A stretch of DNA of 62,141 nt, taken from the IMG/VR virus record IMGVR_UViG_3300020057_000042, positions 1-62,141 of that record; one strand, given 5' to 3'. Position numbers and translations under genes: made by a program. Shown in pieces: positions 56,933 to 62,141 of the stretch (position 1 is the stretch's first letter; each line of letters starts with the position of its first letter). The notes under the pieces are model-generated. The model saw only the letters and a list, made by a program, of their open reading frames with translations. It made no database searches and was not told where the DNA came from. Source of the DNA: a virus (lineage: Duplodnaviria > Caudoviricetes).

Positions 56933-57637
56933 ATGGCACAGCGAACAGTCCCGTGCGGCATCTCCCTGGGGGTTTGTCGCCTTCGCCTGACGCTGCTCGA
57001 CACAACGGGTTGCGTGGCTTCCGAAGCCGACAACTCGTATGTTCTCGCGGACCTCGTCTCCGTCCAGGTGACACCGAACATCGAAACCGGAACCGACACC
57101 ACCCTGATCGGTGGCTGCGGCTGCAAGATCGCTTCGTACAAGGCTCCTGACACCGTCAAGAGGTACGACCTGACGTTGTCGACGCCGATCAAGTCGGCTG
57201 CCCTGGAAGCGATCCTGTTGACGGGCAACAACCCGGCGAACATCCTTTACGACGACTCGACCTCCCCTGTGCCTGTCGGGTTTTCGTTCCCGACTGCTCT
57301 CGGCTGCGATGAGGAGCAGCAGCCCGTCGCGATCGAGTTCTGGACGAAGAACTGGGTGGACGACGCTCAGGATTCCGCGCTCCCGTGGATTCACTGGGTG
57401 TTCCCGCAGTCTCTGTGGTCACCGGGTCAGCAGACCGTCAACAACGACTTCTCGCAGCCTGACTTCACGGGCTTCTCGCGCACCAATGCATGTTGGGGCG
57501 ACGGGCCATATGGTGACGGACCGGAGGCGATCTACGGAGCGTCGTCGTTCGACATCTCGACAGGAGGCTGGTTCTACAGCCCCGACGATCCCCCGACCGC
57601 CTCGTGCGATTATTCCACAGTGGCACCGAGTTCGTAA
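56933..57637 (+). CDS. Major tail protein
   Basis: RLRLTLLDTTGC, AIEFW, HWVFP and WGDGPY motifs. Confidence 0.75.
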   Translation: MAQRTVPCGISLGVCRLRLTLLDTTGCVASEADNSYVLADLVSVQVTPNIETGTDTTLIGGCGCKIASYKAPDTVKRYDLTLSTPIKSAALEAILLTGNNPANILYDDSTSPVPVGFSFPTALGCDEEQQPVAIEFWTKNWVDDAQDSALPWIHWVFPQSLWSPGQQTVNNDFSQPDFTGFSRTNACWGDGPYGDGPEAIYGASSFDISTGGWFYSPDDPPTASCDYSTVAPSS

Positions 57638-57748
57638 GGAACGGCCCGTAACCGATGACGGCGTTCTCCAACCACAAGGATCTAGTGTATGGGGCTGGTG
57701 CGGTTAGCACCAGCCTCCCTACCAATCCAATGACAAGGGAGTGACACG

Positions 57749-58141
57749 ATGACAACTGGAATTGCAGCAGCGTCAGCGAACGCGATCCTCGATGCGTATT
57801 GCCGTTCGGTGGCGTACGTCGATCCGGTTGCGTTTTTCGTGAAGTTGCATTTGGGTGATCCGGGTGCGGCTGGTGCGTCGAATGCTGCGTTGGAGACGAC
57901 TCGGAAGGCTGTGACGTTTTCGGCTGCGGCGTCGGGTGCGATCACTAATTCGGCGGCACTCACGTGGACGGCCGTGTCGACAACCGAGACGTTCTCTCAT
58001 CTGTCGTTTTGGGATGCGGTGACTGTCGGCACGTTCCTCGGTTCGGATGATCTGAATGTGGCGCGGGCGATGACGGCGGGTGACACGTTCGAGATCGCGA
58101 TCGGCGACATTGACATCACTTTGGGTACTTTGGCGGCATGA
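57749..58141 (+). CDS. Small virion fibre/collar-associated protein
   Basis: KLHLGDPG..ITNSAALTW..WDA..GTFL pattern. Confidence 0.65.
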   Translation: MTTGIAAASANAILDAYCRSVAYVDPVAFFVKLHLGDPGAAGASNAALETTRKAVTFSAAASGAITNSAALTWTAVSTTETFSHLSFWDAVTVGTFLGSDDLNVARAMTAGDTFEIAIGDIDITLGTLAA

Positions 58142-58545
58142 GCAGAGTCACGTACGGTGGCGGCGGAGACAATTCCGGCTACTGCGTCGCCCAATATTTC
58201 TTCGATGCTGTTGGGCTTGCGGTCGACACTCCGTTTTTCGTAGCCGACCGAACGTATGTGGTGGCGTCGATCCAGTTGCGCCTCGAGGTGGCAGGCAGTG
58301 CCGGCGGTGCTGTCACCTGCCAAATCAGGAAGGCGCCGTCGGGCACCGCGATTGCGTCAGGCACGTTGTTGCATTCGGGCACCGGGAACCTGAAAGGGAC
58401 GGCCGCGACGAACCAGACGCTGACGTTGTCTACGGTCGATTCCGACGTGAACATCCCGTCCGGCACCTGCATCGGTTTCGACCTCACGGGCGTTTCGACC
58501 GCAGCCAAAGGTTGCGTCACCGTCCTCCTCATACCGAAAGGCTAA
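58138..58545 (+). CDS. Putative virion structural protein
   Basis: Beta-rich, G/A/T-rich; coupled. Confidence 0.55.
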   Translation: MSRVTYGGGGDNSGYCVAQYFFDAVGLAVDTPFFVADRTYVVASIQLRLEVAGSAGGAVTCQIRKAPSGTAIASGTLLHSGTGNLKGTAATNQTLTLSTVDSDVNIPSGTCIGFDLTGVSTAAKGCVTVLLIPKG

Positions 58546-58548
58546 GGC

Positions 58549-59115
58549 ATGCCAGGCCAACCCACGTTCATGCAGGTGATTTACGCGGGAGGGGTTGCCG
58601 ACGGTACCGCTGTGACGGCGGCGGCTGAGACGGCGCTCGTTCCTGACTACACGCTGCCGGCGGGAATCATGCGGCCCGGCGACCGTTTGAAGTACGTGTT
58701 GTTTGGGCGTATGTCGACGGTCATCACGACGCCGGGGACGTGGACGTGGCAGCTTCGTTGGGGCGGTGTGGGCGGCACATCTTTGGCGAGTTCGGGCGCG
58801 ATCGTTCCGGACCCGACGGCCGCTTCCACGAACGTCGCGTGGCGAGTCGAGTTCAACATGGTGATCCGCACAATCGGTTTGACGGGTACCGCGATAACGT
58901 GGGGGCAACTGTGGCATAACGACATCGACGACGGCGCTGCCGTAGTCGCGAACGTCACGGCAGCGTTGAACAACCAGATGGCTGTGTTCCCGAACGCAGC
59001 CGCGGCCGTGACGATCGACACGACGACCTCGAAAGCTCTTACGCCGACGATCACGCCGTCGGTCGCTACAGGCTCGATCACATGTCACGACTGGTACCTC
59101 GAGTCGAAGGTTTGA
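58549..59115 (+). CDS. Putative virion structural protein
   Basis: YTLPAGIMRPGD; beta-rich. Confidence 0.55.
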   Translation: MPGQPTFMQVIYAGGVADGTAVTAAAETALVPDYTLPAGIMRPGDRLKYVLFGRMSTVITTPGTWTWQLRWGGVGGTSLASSGAIVPDPTAASTNVAWRVEFNMVIRTIGLTGTAITWGQLWHNDIDDGAAVVANVTAALNNQMAVFPNAAAAVTIDTTTSKALTPTITPSVATGSITCHDWYLESKV

Positions 59116-59120
59116 CCCGG

Positions 59121-60095
59121 ATGACAGACCGGGAGCTCGCACAGCAGGCGTGGCGTGAATTCCAAATGGCGGATAGGCCCTGGAGCCAGGTCGCTAACTA
59201 CCCGCCTGCTCGGCTAGCGAGGACTCGTTGGGGGAAAGGGAAGAAGCTGCTCGACATGGTCGGCAGCGTGCCTTCCCCGACGGCGTCGTTCGGGTCGCGT
59301 CCCCAGGTGGCTGCGTTCCGCTCCTACTACGCCGGAGACTTCTCGATTGACAACAAAACTATTGTGGGTTCCAACAGCGAGTGGAACGGAGCCGAGTCAG
59401 GCCGTGGCCTGGAGATCAGCGGCAGCAGCCGCACCGTTATCTCGAACTGCGATTTCGTTGGTGTTCCCGGCAGCATCGGCACCGGCATTTACATGGACGA
59501 CTGTTCGGGAACCCTGCTGATCCAGAACTGTCGTTTCTTCAACGTTGGTTGGAACGCTCTCCAAATCAACCATTCGACATTCACGGGCGGGCGGATCCAG
59601 AACATTAAGGTGAAAGGCGGACGCAACGAGGACATCATCAACCTGTTCGGTGGCAGCGGCGGAGTCAGCGCAGCCGACCCGCTGATCATCGAGGACTTCT
59701 TTTTGGAGGGTGATCCGGCCAAGTGTCGCATTAGCGGCTCGGGTCTGATGTTCGAGGCGGCTCAGCATGTAATTGCCCGCAATTTCACGATGTTGAATCC
59801 GGGGCAAGTTGGTTTCGGTGTTCACCCTGGAACGAACATTCGGGTGATGGACGGCACGATTTATTCGCAGGCGTACAAGCTTGCGGCGGCAGGAGATACG
59901 GGCGCTGATCTGGGTGATCCGGCGATCACCGCTGGATCGCTGACGGAGGTTGCGCGTGTCAAGTCGAAATGGTTTGCCATCAACGGAAGCGAAAACCCGG
60001 TGTGGGTTGCAGGCAACGCAAACAACATTACTGGATGGGACACGAACAACTGGAGCGCAAGCATTGACCCGGCGGCTTTGGCGGTCGTCTTGTGA
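59121..60095 (+). CDS. Right-handed beta-helix (pectate-lyase-like) protein, possible depolymerase
   Basis: Repeating I.NC.F / I.D.. strands, EDIINLF. Confidence 0.65.
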   Translation: MTDRELAQQAWREFQMADRPWSQVANYPPARLARTRWGKGKKLLDMVGSVPSPTASFGSRPQVAAFRSYYAGDFSIDNKTIVGSNSEWNGAESGRGLEISGSSRTVISNCDFVGVPGSIGTGIYMDDCSGTLLIQNCRFFNVGWNALQINHSTFTGGRIQNIKVKGGRNEDIINLFGGSGGVSAADPLIIEDFFLEGDPAKCRISGSGLMFEAAQHVIARNFTMLNPGQVGFGVHPGTNIRVMDGTIYSQAYKLAAAGDTGADLGDPAITAGSLTEVARVKSKWFAINGSENPVWVAGNANNITGWDTNNWSASIDPAALAVVL

Positions 60096-62141
60096 CGTAC
60101 GTTTCGGAGGTTTTGGCGGACACGCCAATCCTGTTTTATCAGTGCGCTGATGCGTCGGGGGCGCTTGTCGATTCCTCCGGTAACGGCATCGATGCTGCCG
60201 TCCAGGATGGTGTTGCTGGTTACCAGTTGGCTGGCGCCACACCGTCCGTTTCACCGAATTACGGTGTTTGGATTGACGAAGATCCGACGACGTTCGCGGC
60301 CCCGAACAACGCGGTTTTCAACACCACTCCTGACGTGATGTCGTATGAGGTGTGGCTTAGGCGGCGGCGCTCAGGTGCTTTCGAGGAGTGCATTTGCACG
60401 ATCTCGAACGACGGCGGGTTTTTCTCGATCAATAACGACAAGATCCAGCTGTCGAAATCGAATGTCGGGATGGTTGCACTGTCGACCGCGACGATCACCG
60501 ACACACTCTGGCATCACATCGCCGCCACGAAGGACGGGTCGACTCTCAAACTTTACCTCGATGGTGTTGATGTGACCGACACCACCGGCAGCCAGACGTT
60601 CACGACCACGACTAACACTTTCCAGATCGGTGGGCAGGGAGGGTATTACCTCAACGCTGATCTATCGATGCTGGCGTTTTACGATCAGGCTCTTTCGGCG
60701 GCGCGGGTGTTGGCGCACTACAACGCGGCCGCCATCGACTTGTTCTACTATCCTCCCGCGCTCCCGCCGTTCCGCACCGGCCCGTATGGCCGATACCCGG
60801 TGGTACCGAGGTTCCTTACAGCTTTCAGCGGCTACGAAGCTACGACCGTATATGGGTCGTCGTCGATGGATCTGTCGGTCGGATACGCGACAGCCGGGTA
60901 CGCGACGAAGACGGGCGCGACCGCAACCGACCTCACTATCGGGTTCACGACGGCGGGGTTCGCGAAGAAGACGGGTTCGGTCACACAGCCGCTCACGATG
61001 GCGTTCGCGACTGCCGGATTCGCAACTAAAACGGGGAGCGTCACCCGACCACTGACCGTCGGCTTCACCACCGCAGGCTACGCCACGAAAACGGGCAGCG
61101 CGACCTTCCCACTGACGCTCGCCTACAGCACCACCGCCGCAGCGAAACTCCTCGGCTCGATCAGTTTCCCACTCGCGCTCTCACAAACAACCGTCGGGAC
61201 GCGCAAAGCACTCGGCGGCACAACCATGTCACTCCTGTTCGCCGCCACCACCGTCGGACGAGTCGGAGCGTTCGCAACATCGTCAACCGCGCTCACCATC
61301 GCCTACACAAGCGCAGGGTTTGCAACAAAGAAGACCTCAACGGCATTCCCGATAACGATCGCCTACACGACAGCGGGGGCAGCCAAGAAGTTCGGTGCCG
61401 CCACGCTACCGCTGTCGATCACCTACACCACGGCCGGATACGCGATCAAGACCGGGGCACTCAGTCTGCCGCTCACCGTCGCGTTCACAACAGCCGGATA
61501 CGCGAAGAAAACGTCGACCCTGACGTTCCCGATCTCCGCCACCTTCACGGCAGCAGGCTACGCCCTCAAATACGGCGTGACCACCTACCCGCTCACAATC
61601 GGCTACACAACCGCCGGCGCGATCTCAGGAACCACAAAGTACGGGTCAGCCACATCCAACCTCACCATCAGCTACACGACAGCCGGGTTCGCCACAAAGA
61701 CCTCGTCCGCCACGCTCCCACTCACAATCTCGACCAGCACCGCCGGATACGCAACCAAAACGGGGAGCGTCACCCGACCGCTCAACTTCACGTACACCAC
61801 AGCCGGAATCAGGAAGCGGCTTGGCTCCGTCAGCTTCCCGCTCACGATCGCATACACGGCAGCAGGCCACGCAACCAAAACGTCGAGCAGCACCTTCCCG
61901 CTCACGACCAACTACACGACGAACGGCGAAAAAACAACAACCACCTCATACGGATCCGCGACTGTAGGACTGTCGATCGTCTACGGCACCAACGGATACA
62001 CCATCAAGACCGGGTACGCTTACGGGGGTGACTCGTCGGTCGGGGTCGTGTTCGGTGGTGACTCTGCTGACCCTGACACCGGGTACGCTTACGGGGGTGA
62101 CTCGTCGGTCGGGGTCGTGTTCGGTGGTGACTATGCTGACC
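60092..62141 (+). CDS. LamG (ConA-like) domain + 20-aa repeat fibre protein; continues across the origin to 168
   Basis: GTG overlaps the previous stop; DSSGNG, WHHIAATKDG..LYLDG; open to the window end, so absent from the ORF track. Confidence 0.8.
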   Translation, partial: MTYVSEVLADTPILFYQCADASGALVDSSGNGIDAAVQDGVAGYQLAGATPSVSPNYGVWIDEDPTTFAAPNNAVFNTTPDVMSYEVWLRRRRSGAFEECICTISNDGGFFSINNDKIQLSKSNVGMVALSTATITDTLWHHIAATKDGSTLKLYLDGVDVTDTTGSQTFTTTTNTFQIGGQGGYYLNADLSMLAFYDQALSAARVLAHYNAAAIDLFYYPPALPPFRTGPYGRYPVVPRFLTAFSGYEATTVYGSSSMDLSVGYATAGYATKTGATATDLTIGFTTAGFAKKTGSVTQPLTMAFATAGFATKTGSVTRPLTVGFTTAGYATKTGSATFPLTLAYSTTAAAKLLGSISFPLALSQTTVGTRKALGGTTMSLLFAATTVGRVGAFATSSTALTIAYTSAGFATKKTSTAFPITIAYTTAGAAKKFGAATLPLSITYTTAGYAIKTGALSLPLTVAFTTAGYAKKTSTLTFPISATFTAAGYALKYGVTTYPLTIGYTTAGAISGTTKYGSATSNLTISYTTAGFATKTSSATLPLTISTSTAGYATKTGSVTRPLNFTYTTAGIRKRLGSVSFPLTIAYTAAGHATKTSSSTFPLTTNYTTNGEKTTTTSYGSATVGLSIVYGTNGYTIKTGYAYGGDSSVGVVFGGDSADPDTGYAYGGDSSVGVVFGGDYAD
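60850..61990 (+). repeat. Degenerate 60-bp (20-aa) coding repeats, roughly 19 units
   Basis: Consensus about GSxTxPLTIxYTTAGYAxKT. Confidence 0.85.
62009..62141 (+). repeat. 69-bp coding tandem repeat matching the window start
   Basis: Partial unit, full unit 62048-62116, then a partial unit with one C>A change. Confidence 0.95.

Overview
This window looks like a near-complete, circularly permuted genome of a GC-rich tailed dsDNA phage (siphovirus, probably infecting an actinobacterium). The contig starts and ends inside a 69-bp coding tandem repeat. The plus strand carries packaging and virion genes: TerS/TerL, a glycan-modification cluster, DUF1360, portal, a MuF-2H phosphoesterase-protease fusion, two capsid proteins in a mycobacteriophage cluster-B-like order, major tail, fibres, adaptor, tape measure, baseplate and lysis (32.4-62.1 kb continuing to 0-11.6 kb). 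The minus strand (11.7-31.9 kb) carries early/replication/accessory genes: a Mom-like DNA modifier, an N6/N4 methyltransferase, VRR-NUC, an LmbU-like regulator, a helicase loader, an SSB-like protein and HNH nucleases. I saw no integrase, DNA polymerase, reverse transcriptase, CRISPR array or convincing tRNA. The main oddities are: (1) two oppositely oriented arrays of short genes built from the same shuffled DNA blocks and a repeated RBS-bearing junction, both downstream of a shared promoter motif; (2) a ~4.3-kb segment beside the terminase with strongly distorted sequence composition; (3) an elaborate putative virion-glycosylation cluster; (4) a 2H (Acb1-like) domain fused into the head-assembly protein; (5) a candidate operator circuit run by a 45-aa RHH protein. 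All protein calls come from motif recognition by eye, not database searches.
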